DNA of 64,000 bases from Leidyana gryllorum EB-2025a (Eukaryota; Protista; Apicomplexa): assembly GCA_048772705.1 (NCBI GenBank), contig JBLWGC010000092.1, positions 124,001 to 188,000 on the forward strand, written 5' to 3'. This document shows positions 34,693 through 47,585 of this stretch, in pieces. Both the position numbers and the translations under genes were made by a program. The notes below the pieces were generated by a model. That model made no database searches and was not told where the DNA came from. It worked only from the letters and a program-made list of their open reading frames with translations. Position 1 is the stretch's first letter; every line of letters begins with the position of its first letter.

Positions 34693-36665
34693 ATGTCTAA
34701 CGCCCCTATTGAACTCGAAGTACTGCTAGAACTCCCCCAGTATCGTCACCATCACGTACCATGCTATCCTGGCAACCTGTGGGTCATCGATATGCTGATC
34801 AAAGAGAAGATGCGAGCCGTCATGATCGGCGACCATGAGTACGCGCGTGCCCTCGAAGAGGTGAGCTGAGACCGCTCCCACTTATTGCCACCTACCTACC
34901 TACCTACCTGCAGACCAAACTCTCAATATGTCGATATCCCTTCAAGATTCGTAACTTTGCGAGACTGCCGTTGATGGGAATGACAAAGCGCGTACGCGAC
35001 TATCTGATGAAGTGAGCGCACTCACAGAGATTCTGGACCAATTCAATCCCCCACTCAGACAGCCAAACTATGGCGATCGTGTCCACGTGTCTGAACGTCT
35101 CTGGAGTCGGTGGTTTACAAAACGGGCTGAAATGGCGGCCACAGCGGTGGTAAGAAGTCCCTTTGAGTGTCACAATTCTTGTGACTAATCTGCTTCAGCG
35201 CGATCTGATTCGTGTCAGTGATCTCAAGAGCATACCGATCGCCAATCCAGAAAGCCCCAATATGGCGTGGCCAAAGATTCTTATGTATCGAGCCCAAGTG
35301 GGCGAACTGGACAAAGCGGACAAAGCGGCCAAAGTGGGGAGTGTTAAGGTGAGTTGGCGAGACAAAAAGGAGAATAGGCACTGCTCTGCTTCGCAGCAAA
35401 CGGACAACAAAGCCAATCCTCCTCCTCAACAACGAAAGAGTTTCCAGCGACTGTCCAGTAATGGATTGGAGGTCGACATTCAGGAGTCGGAACCCGCACC
35501 CCCCCTGATGATCCCCGCCCCATTGAGCACCTCAAAACGTGTCAAGAATGCCGCCTCCAGTGGGGCAGTAACACCTCCAACCACCACCAAAGCGGCGACG
35601 AAAGGCTCTGGCAGCAACAGGGCCGAAAGTCAAAAGAAAAAGTCGGCTCAGGACAGCAGTGCTGCGGCTAAGAGTGGAAAGGAGGAAGTCGAGTCGAACA
35701 ACAGACGGTCCAAGAGAGAGACCCCAGCAGCTGCTGCGACCCAACCTGTTGCGGTGCCCGCCAAGGAGACGGCCGGCAGCAAAAAGAAGATTAATCGGGC
35801 CAACACTCAGACGTTGGCACCCACAACTTCGTCTCAGAGGACGGGGCTGAGGAAAGGTCGAAGCGATGTCACTGAGTTGTCGTCGCTTACACGCGGCAAC
35901 GCGGAGACTTCTGGTGTGGAGGAGAGTATCGATGAGGAGTCGACATCGCTACAGAGCGGCACTGAGACGAAGAGCGCCACCAAGGCCAAAGCGACAGCCA
36001 AGTCGAAGGTCAAAGCAAAGGCAAAGCCAAAGCAAATGACACTGAAGACTCGAACGCGTGTGATCCACGCTGTCTATGATCCCGAGGAATATGAGGCTAT
36101 GCAAAATGCCAGTGACTCTGTTTCTGATGAATCATTTCAGCTGGACCCCGATGGCACCAGTGGTAGCGATAGTGGAAGTGAGGTGGGCGGCCGAGACTCG
36201 ATTCTCAGCAATATGGGGCCACACACTGAAGAAGAGTCGGAGAGCATCGCGGAGAGCGGCAGTGTGAGTCTGCCGCTGCCAACCCCTCCGCCGACTTCGG
36301 CCGCGCCCAAGTCGAGGGGACGACCAAAGGCCCCGGCAGCGACCGCAAAGGCGACGAAGGGTACTGGGGCGACCCCGACAGACCGCGGTACTGCCGCCAA
36401 GGGCCGCCAGCAGGAGAGTGATGACGGGATGGAGGAGGAGGTGGCTGCTCCTGCGTCGCCGCCCAAGAAGAAGAAGACGACGACACGCAAGGCGGAGAAG
36501 GAGGCCGTGGAGGTGAGGAAGAAACAGACTAAGACGGGAGGTGATGGAAGTCGTCGGAGTGTGGAGGGGTCAATGTACCAAACAAAGTTGAGTATCGACT
36601 CAACTGGGCACAAAGGAGGTCCAGCAACCCGATCCACAGCAGCTAAGGGGAAGAAGAGAGGTTAA
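34693..36665 (+). CDS. MUS81 N-terminal-like helical domain followed by a long basic/acidic disordered region with an AT-hook; 3 introns
   Basis: NLWVIDML..LSICRYPFKIRN resembles the MUS81 N-terminal domain (NPLF..SLRRYPLPL); PKSRGRPK at 36306-36329. Confidence 0.6.
34890..34909. repeat. (ACCT)n microsatellite abutting an intron acceptor
   Basis: Read directly from sequence. Confidence 0.85.
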
Positions 36666-36711
36666 GATTTTGAACGAAATATAAGAACATTTAGCTATTT
36701 AGATCGTCGAA

Positions 36712-38755
36712 ATGGACGAAGCAGCAGTACCTATCATCGCATCGAGTATCGCAGGCAGCAGTGGGATGGTCCCCGAGGTGAGAAAGGAGAAGATATCCGT
36801 TCCGAAACGACGGAAACGAGTCAATGACGACGGAGTCGCAATCTGTTCAACGACAGACAACAAAAAGTCTGTGCGAACTGCTATCAGTTCCCGTACACAA
36901 CGCAAGAAGGCAAAAGCCCCTTGCGCCCCACCCCCCCTCGAGGACTTGACCACTGCGTCACCGCCCGACAAATGCACCACGACGACCAATCAGTGCACTG
37001 ACGATTTCTTCGAAGACTTGGAGGACGATCCCGCCCTGTCAACGGATGTGGGCGACATTGCTCCCAAGGCAAAGGCCGCACGGAAGAAGACGACAACGAT
37101 AGTACGAAAGCGCAAGAAGAAGGGAACAAATACTGAAATTGTTGTTGTGGAGTATCGAGATCCAATGTTAGTACTTCTGATCGATCGGCGAGAGATCGGA
37201 GGCTGCCGAAAACAGGCAGGAGATCTCGAAGCCTGCATTCGCAAGTATTCGCCTTCCATGCCCTACGACGTTCGGACACTCGCACTCGGAGACTTTGTGT
37301 GGATCTGTCGTGTGACGGAGTACTATCGGGAAGAGGTGGTGGGAGGCGGACAGGAGGACGACAACAATATGGAAGAACCCAATTTATTGAGCCGAGATCG
37401 CGAGTTTGTGTTGCCCTGGATTATTGAACGCAAAACGCTTCAGGATCTATTGGGTAGTGTGCACGGAACGCGCTATCGAGATCAGAAGTCTCGACTGCTT
37501 CGATTCCTGAAAGATCCTTCCGTAAACGATGTTGGCCCCAGAGAACTCGGTGACGAGGGTCCGCTCGCGAGTGTTACTCAATCCATCGAACCTATGGGGA
37601 TACTTCTGGTAGAGGCGTCCCACGATGTGGGACTCAACCAACCCATCTTTCACCAGCAATACTATGATCTGCCGAACGACAGAAATGTGCGGAACACAGT
37701 GGTAGGAGCGCAGATCAACAGCCAAGCACGAGACAATCTGCAACTGTTACAAACTGCCAATCTTGATCACACGTAAGACGACATATCGATTGGTGGGTGT
37801 CTATTTTTACAGGGCTTCGATGCTGGTGAAGCTTCACGCATCACTGGAACATAAGTTTAATCAATTGATTCCGCACTATCTGCAAGTCGTAGCGGACGGC
37901 ACAGGTGGGAAGTCGAGAAGGTTAAGTTTCCTCAGCTACGGGGCTCGCTACAAACCAGGAGCCACGGACACTGTCCAGAGTCTCCTGGAGCAACAGCTGC
38001 GGCTGGTAAGCCCACAACACCAGCGCCCAGAGACTTGATCCCTGGTCTGCAGGTGCCGGGCGTGACCCCCGTAGTGGCGCAAACGCTGAGTCAAGCGTAT
38101 CAGACGCCTGTCGAGCTGATAAGAGCCATCAAAGGCTTCGACAAAATGTCACAACAAGAGTGAGTCTGAGGGTCTCAAACAAATGCTCCACTCTTCTCTG
38201 CCCTGCAGACGGCGAGTCTTGAGCGGCGTCGGTCAGAGAGCTTTGGAGAGCCTCTACCAACACCTCACAGGGAAGTCACTCAAGTGGTCTCAATCGGAGA
38301 CGATAGCGGCCGCGGCGGTTCCGGCGGAGAACGGAGTCGCAGTTGCGGAGAAGAGAGATGGAAATCGGTTGGGACGGCCGAGTATCAGGATACCGCTGGA
38401 TGACGAGGAGACAGTGATCAACAACATCACCGGACCGCTGTTGGACGAGACTCATTCAATTCAATCGGGAGCCGAAGCTGCACGACTGATCGACCGTATT
38501 CGGGAGCGAGAGGCAGTTGAAGAAGCTCGCACGATGGTAGATTTGAGCAGCGAGGCTGCACCTCGCAAGGATGTGTGGAAGGTGTCGCCAGATCGGTCTA
38601 ATTTACCTAACATCGCCATACGCCCCCTCAATTTCGATGAGAACATGGAGCCTCCCAAAGCTCCGCCGAGACGTAGTATAATCTCTCCATCGTTCGATGT
38701 GGAGCCAACAAAAGAGAAGAAAGGGCGAAGTAGAGTCAGTGTAATAGAGTTTTGA
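36712..38755 (+). CDS. MUS81: MUS81 crossover-junction endonuclease: ERCC4 nuclease domain plus C-terminal HhH2, multi-exon
   Basis: LLIDRRE, LALGDFVWI, IIERKTLQDLLGSVHGTRYRDQKSRL, QLRLVPGV, SGVGQRALESL. Confidence 0.88.
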
Positions 38756-39278
38756 CTTATAGATATTAGTGTCACAATAGTATTATGGCGGGCGGCGCAA
38801 ATCAACAACTCCTCTCTGCTGAGGAGGAAGGAGCACACGCAACAGGGGTTGAGTTAATGAACTGAAATCAATCGAATCGAGGCGAAGAGGCAGTCGGTGA
38901 AACTAAGTCTGCTCATTATGATTATGATGTGAGGGAGGGTTCAAGGGAAAGAATCAAGGGACATTTGCGCCTGGTCATCCATCCTGTTGCGTTCAAGTGT
39001 AGAGCTGCTCGAGAGATATAGGACAACAAGTAGCAGCATCAGTAGTCGTACTTTACAGAACTCCCCAGCTGTCTTTCCCATCATGTGTGCGTGTTTCTCT
39101 GTATCTTGTGAGTGAGTGAGTGCGTTTGAGAACTATTTTATCATCGCGGTCGTGATTCATATGCCTCTTTGCAATATAGAAAGTGATGAAAGTAATTCGC
39201 CGACAAAAGGTAAAACTTCCCCATATACCTTCGTTAAGTTACATGTTCTGTGTGATGAGAACGTTGTCAAGGTCGTCT

Positions 39279-40415
39279 CTAATTTGCGGTCATGGACGAC
39301 AAGCTCGAGCCCGCTGTAGTGGAACGGTCACTACTTGGTGAGGTATCCATATGCGCTGTGGGGTCAAAGCATAGGTTTGTGGGTGTCGGGATATGAAGTC
39401 GGCAAGCAGGGCTCGCCAAACCGGTTTTCTCGTTGATTTCCATTGATATAATGCTGTCACTATTCGTGGCGCAAATCAACAGGTAGGACTTCAGAGGATG
39501 ATTCGTGACACAAATCGCGTTTGGGCCTTCGCCTCCTACATCAAAGAAACCCGAAAGATGTAGATATCCATTCAAGATGGCAAAACAAGCCCCCTGATCA
39601 ATTCCGGCGTTCACAACATAAAGAAAACTCTCCTTATCGTCCACACACATGTCGCGGGCCCTCACAAAAGTATCCTCGTCATAAACGGTCTTAAATGGGA
39701 CTGTGGAAACAATCTGACGTTGCCGCACACTTTGCACAGACGAATCATAAGCATACACGAAGACTCGATTGCTCAGAGCGGCCAGAATGTACAAATTCTC
39801 GCGACCGAAAACCACTTTGCAAGGGCCCTGACCAGGTGGAAGATTAATCACATTTCGACACTTCAGTGAAAAGTCACCCATATTGTACTCGTATAGATAA
39901 ACCAAGTCCGACCCGAATTCAGATACTGCGGCAAGCCTTCCAGAACGATCTAAAGTAACGCTCTTCGGTCGTACAATCCACTGCGACTCGTGGACGGGCA
40001 CGCCTCCGAGCGGTATGAAACGCTCCATGCTCGCAATACCCCCTGGACTTCGATCACCTCGTAAATAGACGGATAAGATATCGCCAGAATCTCCGTTCGC
40101 ACAGAGAAGGCCCCGATCATCATGGGCGCACACCACACATCGAGTTCCAGCACTGTCGGGGAAGCAACACTGCCCTTTAAATTCCAAGCAACCTGGGCCT
40201 AGAATTTCGAAGCAGCTCACTCGCCCCTCAGAAGGCCAACGGTCGGCAGTGTACAGAAACCTCCCGTCATGGCTCATGCATAAACTCACAGGGTGTCGCC
40301 GGTGCTCAGTTGTGCCAATCATATGTAGTCCTCCTGTCAGCGTATTCAAAGTACACGTATAAATCCCAGCACTTGTCGTCGCTGTCCATGTTCCAACATG
40401 AAAGACTTGTTCCAT
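39279..40415 (-). CDS. Bacterial-type 7-bladed beta-propeller lactonase (6-phosphogluconolactonase Pgl/YbhE family), intronless
   Basis: FHVGTWT..GIY, DGRFLY, LDRSGR..EFGSDLV, LPPGQGP, FLYVVN, VGGEGP, SDSIISMEINEKTG. Confidence 0.85.
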   Translation of the reverse strand: MEQVFHVGTWTATTSAGIYTCTLNTLTGGLHMIGTTEHRRHPVSLCMSHDGRFLYTADRWPSEGRVSCFEILGPGCLEFKGQCCFPDSAGTRCVVCAHDDRGLLCANGDSGDILSVYLRGDRSPGGIASMERFIPLGGVPVHESQWIVRPKSVTLDRSGRLAAVSEFGSDLVYLYEYNMGDFSLKCRNVINLPPGQGPCKVVFGRENLYILAALSNRVFVYAYDSSVQSVRQRQIVSTVPFKTVYDEDTFVRARDMCVDDKESFLYVVNAGIDQGACFAILNGYLHLSGFFDVGGEGPNAICVTNHPLKSYLLICATNSDSIISMEINEKTGLASPACRLHIPTPTNLCFDPTAHMDTSPSSDRSTTAGSSLSSMTAN

Positions 40416-40549
40416 GTTATATGCTTTATATTCCCTTGCAGAAATTCTAATACGCGCAACTCATTCTTTGTCCCAATATCCTCTATGACGGCATCACTAG
40501 TGCCATCCCACCCGCAACCTCACAAAGCACACGTGTGTGTTACCCCTAG

Positions 40550-42727
40550 ATGGATCGTAAAGCAGCATGCTTTCTGCAGAGTGCGGATCCTATTGTACAA
40601 CGAAAAGGCTTAGAGACAACGATAGAGGTAGGAGACAGCTCTGGAACCACTCGTCAAACTGCATGATTAGCTCGATAGCGAAGGCCATGATGTCCGACAC
40701 ATCCTGCCTCACCTGATCAAATTGTGCGGATCCAATGACATAGGAGTCTTCACCATTGTATGCCGATTCATTGCCGAGTTGGATAGACGGGGTGCTGGGG
40801 ATCTACGGGTTTTGGCGCAGAATTCGCTCGACAAAGTGAGCTCCTATTGGGAAATACGACCACCAGCGTTCACCTAGGCAATTACACATCCGGACCCGTC
40901 TTTTCGCTTCGTCGCCGCTCGCACATTGGTGAGTAGGTGCAACTTGCGGCTTGAGAAGCTTTTGATGCCAGTGGTATGGAATGGACTCGTGGAATGGATG
41001 GGAAGCATCGGTCAACGACGCGGTCGTTGTCATGCGATGGTTGGCAGCTAGCCGATTGGGCGCTGCTATACATCGTGCAAGTGAGGAGAAAGATTGGAAC
41101 GAGGTGAAGGGTGTGATAGCAAGACTCTTGAGGGACTGTGAGGTAGGATCAAACAGGTCCTTTCGATGATCCACTTTATCCAGCTCGTCGTGGCTGCCAC
41201 GGCTTTTTGTCAAGTGTTAACAGCTCTCGCCAGGATTTCTGATGATGAAGCTGCTTGTATGGTTCCGTGGCTCCGACGGGCTTTCATCAGAGTTGCTCAG
41301 GAAGGCCATTTGCTTCCCGACGAGAGCTTGGGCCCTGTGCTTCGCGTCATCCCAGCACTCATAACCAGTCTCGAGAACGACCCCCCCGTCATCAATCTGA
41401 TCCATAGTTTCCTGCGACAATCATCACGCCGGCACAGCTTCGTCTTGCGGTGCCACAGCCTGTCTGGAACAATCAGCTTGCGCAAAGCTGGGCGGGTAGA
41501 CGCCGAAGATGAAGGGTGGATGCTTAGTCTTTGTAGATGTTTGATGGTGCGGGCTGTCGGTTGCTCACAGAAAAGGATGGCGATCAACCGCTGCGCCGAG
41601 CTCTTGTCACAGATATCTCCCAGTCCGGAAACCTTGCGTGGTCTGCTGCATACAGCATTATTCACATCCGATCCCACGACCGAGATTATTGAGAGCCAAA
41701 TCCGGCTCTTGATGGTCACCGAGCCTTACATCAAAGAGTATCAGCAAATCTGCGACTTAGCTGTGTCTTATCTCCAGCGTGTGATTGAAGGTTTCCAAAC
41801 CTCAGCTCCTCATCGGCAACTCGCCTGGGAGCATTTACTAAGAATTATACCAGAACAGTCGGTGCTACTCTGCACGGAATACTTGGTGGAACTACACGCT
41901 GCAGACGAGGAGATGATGCCCTTAGAGCGTAAGTCCGCAGTCTGCGATGTTCTGATATGTTTTTCAGCGATTGTGAGACTGGTGCAGCGAATAGGGCCCG
42001 AAGTGACTACAACAAGCCTCCTAGCGATTCTGCAAGGATTACCTCCCACAGCTAAACCGATGGTGCTGGCAGCGGCTTTGAAGAACCCTCATCACCAAGA
42101 GCAGATCACGAGTATCCTGGCCACCTGGTTCAGAGAAGGCTCGACTGAAGGCGGCATCAGATCGTGTACAGGGGCTTGGAAGCAGGCCCAAGTGCTCGCT
42201 GCTGTCACCTTGATCGCTAATGAATTGAATGAAGAGCGTCAAACAGCGCTCAGCCAACTCTTTCAAGTTGTCCGAGAGTCAACAGACTGCACCCGCGCAC
42301 TCGCCTTCGTGGATCTGTGTCAGTTGTGTTACAACCTTCCCGTGTCTGCCTCAGATTCTGAAAAGGGAGAGAATAATACAGGAGGCGCAGCGCAGGTACT
42401 TAGCAGTGAAGATGAGCCTATTCAATTCGGTGGATTATTATACAACAAGAGCTTGTGGATTGACGACGGCAGAGACGACAACGACACTGAAACGGCATCT
42501 CTGAGTACCCAGAACAACACTATGACGAAGAGGGGGGTGAGCGAGAGAGCGAGTGGAACAGCTCCTCTATGCTCTAGTCGACACAGTTTGGAAGACATGC
42601 GCAAAGAGCTCGATTGCTTTCTCAGTGATGCTTTTCGGTGAGTTACACTGTGCAGTAGTATACACAGGATGATTTGTTGATGAACAGCAGCACTTCCATA
42701 GTTCAAGAAAATCAAAGTCGAATCTGA
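40550..42727 (+). CDS. Divergent beta-adaptin (Adaptin_N; most like AP-3 beta), multi-exon; both ends approximate
   Basis: Spliced N-terminus GHDVRHILPHLIKLCGSND..LAQNSLDKAITHPDPSFRFVAARTL, IARLLRDCELVVAATAF. Confidence 0.6.
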
Positions 42728-42884
42728 CGATGCTTGCTATGGTGTACAGTGCTTGATGCCACCGAGCTTCAGGTCCTGTGTGGCCATGGAATGGTATTTG
42801 CTTAAGAAAAAAAATCTCGGCGTCCTCCCGAGTCACATGAAGCTTGAAAATCAAACTTCCGTCTTCCTATCCAACGATAGCATA

Positions 42885-44483
42885 TCATACTTGCAGAGCG
42901 TTCTTGTTGGTTCTCTTGATATAGGGGGTATCGCCGAGTTCGCGACCTCGGGTCTCCCTGATACCGAAGATGATCAGTACCAATGCCAAGACGAGCATAA
43001 CACTGAAGACCAGATATGCGATCTTATTGGGCATGTAAGAGGTGACGAAGACCATTAAGATACCCGCCACCCAGTTTGCGGCCGTGGCCAAACCACCAGC
43101 GGCTCCTTTGATTTCAGGAGGGTAGATTTCGAACAGCCAGACCCATAGAATTGGTCCATATCCAATGCCGAAGAAAATGATAGTTCCAATGGCGGCAACA
43201 ATTGCGAACCAAGTCACAACAAGGGAATCCTCGTCGTCTATCAGCCAATACAAGAAGGTAGCTGGCAGCACACAGCAGGCCTGGGCTACAGTTCCCCATA
43301 AAAATAGATTCTTGCGACCGACTTTCTCGATCAACCAGATGGCTGGGAAGGTGACGAGGAAACCAAAGAGCCCTTGAACGACAGAGGCCGTGGTTGCGTA
43401 TTCGCCTGGAAGTCCGGCATCGATGTAGAGTGCATTTGAGTTGGCAACAAAAACATTAACTCCACTGAGTTGTTGGAACGCCGATACGATGCATCCGAGA
43501 ATGATGACATATCTGAAATTGAGGTGTTGATATGTGTACGGCGTATGCGACGCTTACCGGTATTCCTTGTCTTTCCAAGCTGCGCCGAGACTCATCCCCT
43601 CTTCTTTGGCTTTCTCAGCTTCAGCAATTCGGAGTTTGATCTCTTCGAGTTCAGTTTCGACATCTTCTTTGCAGTAGAGACGTTTCAGTAGGCTACGAGC
43701 ATCATTTACGTGCCCATTTTCCACGTAATGGTGGGGGGTCTCGAATGTGAAAACCCGACCATAGAGGTATGCGGATAACATGACGGGGAAGATACCCAGT
43801 CCGAGCATAACTCTCCACCACACCTTGGCGAAGATTCCGATATTTTCCAGACCGGGTCCCTCGCCTTCTGGGATTTTAGCCGTGAAGGCTATTGGGAGGC
43901 CCAGTACAGTTCCCATGAAGACTCCAATGCCAATCAATAGTTGGTGATAGACACCATATTGGCCTCTCTTCGCTGTGGGAGCCACTTCGGAAATGTATGT
44001 TGGGGTGCAGAAGGACACCAAACCAACAGCAACTCCGACGACGAGACGAGCGAACAAAAGGAAAGGAAAGGAGTTGGCGCATACCGACGCGATAATACCC
44101 AGTGTGAAGACAGTATTGGATATGAGGATCATTCCTCGACGACCGTAAGACAAAAATGCTCCACCTCCCATTGAACCGACAGCCGCTCCGATGAAGACAG
44201 CCGTCATAATAAAGGCAGAGTAGGTGGTGTGTCTTGTGCAGCCAGTAACCTCGTCGGTCCCATCCTTCCAGTCACACCATTCAAACTCCCAACTAATGTG
44301 ATTGAGAGAGGTGTTTAAAAGACTGAGGTTGACGCCGAATAAAAATGAGCCCATCGTCGCGGTCCATACGATCTGGTGGACGAATGACATTATTCCACAG
44401 CAGCATTGCATTCGCTTGCTCCAGTTGAAAGTTGTCTCCTCCTCATTGGACTCGCGAGACGGCAATCGCTCGACTGCAGCCAT
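42885..44483 (-). CDS. Hexose transporter (sugar porter family, HT1/GT1-like); one intron near 43557-43513
   Basis: YGRRG, PTYISEVAP..RG, WWRVMLG, FETP, QQLSGVN, IEKVGRK, EIYPPEIK, RETRG. Confidence 0.93.
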
Positions 44484-44935
44484 CGAATAGCTCGCAGATT
44501 AGGCCCAAACCCAACAAAAAGTAATTCTGAATAGATTAAAAGTTCCTTTCCTCAGGGAACGACGATGTCCCAATCGTCTGGGATCTCAGGTGTATACCTA
44601 AATTACAGATTGTCCATTTCCCAAATGCCGTTTAAAGATTCTCAAACTGCCTCTGTGGCCGTGTTGTAGGTGGTGGTGGCTGTGTAGGGGGGATGTGTAG
44701 CACTTCGCGTGAGAGAGTGCGTACCTCTTAGCTTTGTGGAAAACCGAGAAGAGTGGAGTTTGTGTCATTCACACACAATTTATCCGAGCAGCGAGTCAGT
44801 AGGATGGTAGATGGAACGATTTGTACCCGTCGGGCACTTTATGACACAGGGCGGAGCTGTGTGGTGCTCGCGCATAGGATGAGGGAGTGCTGCAAGCCCT
44901 AGTTTTCGGTGCAGGTCTGATTTTTGTTGGTGTGA

Positions 44936-46159
44936 ATGAGTACTAATGGGCCGTGTAAGGCCAGTCTTGAGGCAATAATATGCACTTCGGACACCATCCG
45001 TGACCAAAAAGCCTTGGAGAAGGATTGTGCCGCTTTGGCGGACAATAGTTCTCGTCGCAGGCGCTTATTACGTGATGCACACATCAACTTCCTCAGGAAG
45101 CCAGGAGCCGAGGTGCTCGGAGACAGTTTCATCTCCCTGACGGCTGCTGAGCCGTGGATTATCTACTGGAGTCTGCACGGGTTGGATCTGCTCGGTGAGG
45201 CGGACAACTATCTTTCGGACGAGACGGAGGTAACCCGGTAAGGGGGGTGGCCGCGGGGGGAGCTGGCTGGCTACATGGCTGGTGCTTGCAGGGTTAAGGA
45301 GCATCTGAGGAGGTGCCAAGGGGAGACCGGAGGGTTTGGAGGCGGGCCGAATCAAAATGGGCATTTGTCAACTACATATGCTGCAATCGCGGCATTGGCA
45401 ATAATCGGGCCGGAAGCTATTGATGAAGTAGTGGACAAGAGAAAGTTGGTAGAGTTCTTGTCAGCAATGAGAATACCCGATGGGGGTTTCTATACAACAG
45501 AGGGAGGAGAAGAGGATATGCGAGCTGCGTATTGCGCTGTCGCCTCTGCTGTACTTTGTGGTATCGAATTAGAAGGTGTTGAATCCCTGACCCGATACAT
45601 CTGCTCCTGCCAGAGATACGATGGAGGTATTAGTGGACTCCCCGGAGCCGAGTCACACGCAGGCTACACCTATTGTGGCTTGGCAGCACTCGTGCTTCTC
45701 AATCAAAGTAACCGCTTGCGTCTCGCAGACTTGATGGTGAGTAATGAGTGGCGGCCGGTCCACTGGAATGACCACACGTTTGATGTACCCTACTGTTGGT
45801 AGGCTTGGACACTCGCTCGCCAAGATGAGGTTGTGGGCGGGTTCAATGGGCGTCCGCATAAATTGGCCGACGCCTGCTATACTTTTTGGGTGGCAGCCAC
45901 TCTGAAGATGCTGGAGGACTGTATGGGGCTGCGATGCGCCCGTAAATGGATATCAGTCGCCAAAGTGCACGAGTATCTCCTGCAGTGCTGCCAAGTGGAC
46001 AAGGGAGGAATGCGTGATAAACCAGGAAAGAAACCTGACTGGTATCACACCTGCTATGCTCTAAGTGGTATGAGTATTTTGGGTCTTGAGAGACTAGGGA
46101 GAGTTGTCGCTCCCTTGAACTTAAAGCTTGATAGATGCACAAAAAACCTTACACTATGA
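44936..46159 (+). CDS. FNTB: Protein farnesyltransferase beta subunit; introns 45238-45291 and 45737-45802
   Basis: PWIIYWSLHGLDLL, GGFGGGPNQNGHLSTTYAA, ESHAGYTYCGLA, GFNGRPHKLADACYTFW, DKPGKKPDWYHTCYALSG. Confidence 0.93.
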
Positions 46160-47531
46160 AACACGGAGAGAACAGAGGAGACTGGTCTGACAGTCCTTCC
46201 ATACGCTATTTATCAACAGCCTCCACGAGGGGAGTCTCAATACCAGTGGGGGTCCCCTTGAGCACCACAGCCAGCGGCTTGAGCCAAATGAACCCCGCAT
46301 TCGGCTCCACCCAGTGGGACGCCGACAATACCAATCGCAGCAAACAAGCTCCCCGCTATCAGGATACGCCACTTGCCGCTCATACCCAAGTTACGGCCTT
46401 CAGAGAGGCAACGGAGTACGTTCCAGCCCCAGTTGGCCATTCCCGCGGTGACACTCTACCCCTCCAAAATACTACGGGAAGTAGAGTCAACACCTCTTAT
46501 GAAGCCTCCACCCGCTCCATACCGGTTTCGCAGTTGCCCAACGTTGCCACACACAGCATACAACAACAGAGACCGGCTGGACGGATCATTGGAGAAGAGA
46601 TTGTTGAAACCGAAATCCGGGTCCCCAAAGTGGTACGTCATGAGGAGATTCGCGAGCGTCAAATCACCATTCCTGAACGCGTGGTTCGTGAAGAGCTGAT
46701 TGAAGAGAAGCAGCGAGTCCGGGAGCGTATAATACAGGTGGAAAAGATAGTCCCAGTCATTAAATATGTAAATGAGGAGGTTATCGAATATCAAGAACGT
46801 GTGGTGCCGAAACCTGAAGTACGGATAGAATACCATGAAGTCAAAGTGGACAAGCCTGTGATACAAGAAAAGATAGTCGAGAAGAAAGTGCCCATTGTGA
46901 CAGAGCGACGAGTCGAAGTGGAACAAATCGAGCACCGCGAAGTGCCAGTCTTGAAACAGATTGAGGTACCCGAAGTTAAAATTGTCACCAAAGACGTCCC
47001 TCGCCCGGTGGATCGATATGTCGACGTAAGTGGGCGGTGTTGGACAGCAAACACACACGTGTGTACGTTTCCTATGACAGGTGCCGGTGCCACAAGTTCG
47101 GGAGATTGAACGTTATAATGAAGTTTGCCGTCGAATCCCTGTAGCTGTGGAGCAAATCGAGAACGCTACCTACGTCTTGCCGCAATTGGAGGCTGAGTAC
47201 GAAGAAGTTCGGGTACCGATCTATGTGCCAACGTTCGTTCAAGTGCCGATTGCAGCCGACACGCTCACAGCCGAGGTGAGTGATTAGCTTGGCGCTCCTT
47301 TGATTGAATGGCTTATTCTGCTTTCAGGCTCGACTGGAATGTCAAAACCTAATGCGCCAAATATTCCATGTGGCTCAGCAGCAGATGCCAAGTTTGTGCG
47401 TTATTGAAGAACTTGGCGACAATGTCCGTAGATTCGTCCCCTCTTTCGAAACCGATCCAGAAGTGATCCAAGCGACAATGGCAGAGAAGATTCGGGCGTT
47501 GCATAAAGCAGGAGCTGCTGCATTTTCTTGA
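46135..47531 (+). CDS. Alveolin / IMC-family protein 1 (start at 46135 or 46156); introns 47026-47080 and about 47276-47327
   Basis: V/E/K/P-rich EKIVEKKVP, QIEVPEV repeats. Confidence 0.88.
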
Positions 47532-47585
47532 CTCTTTCATTGAAAAAGAAAATTGGACTGTTATCAGTGTAGCTGGGTAGCGACA

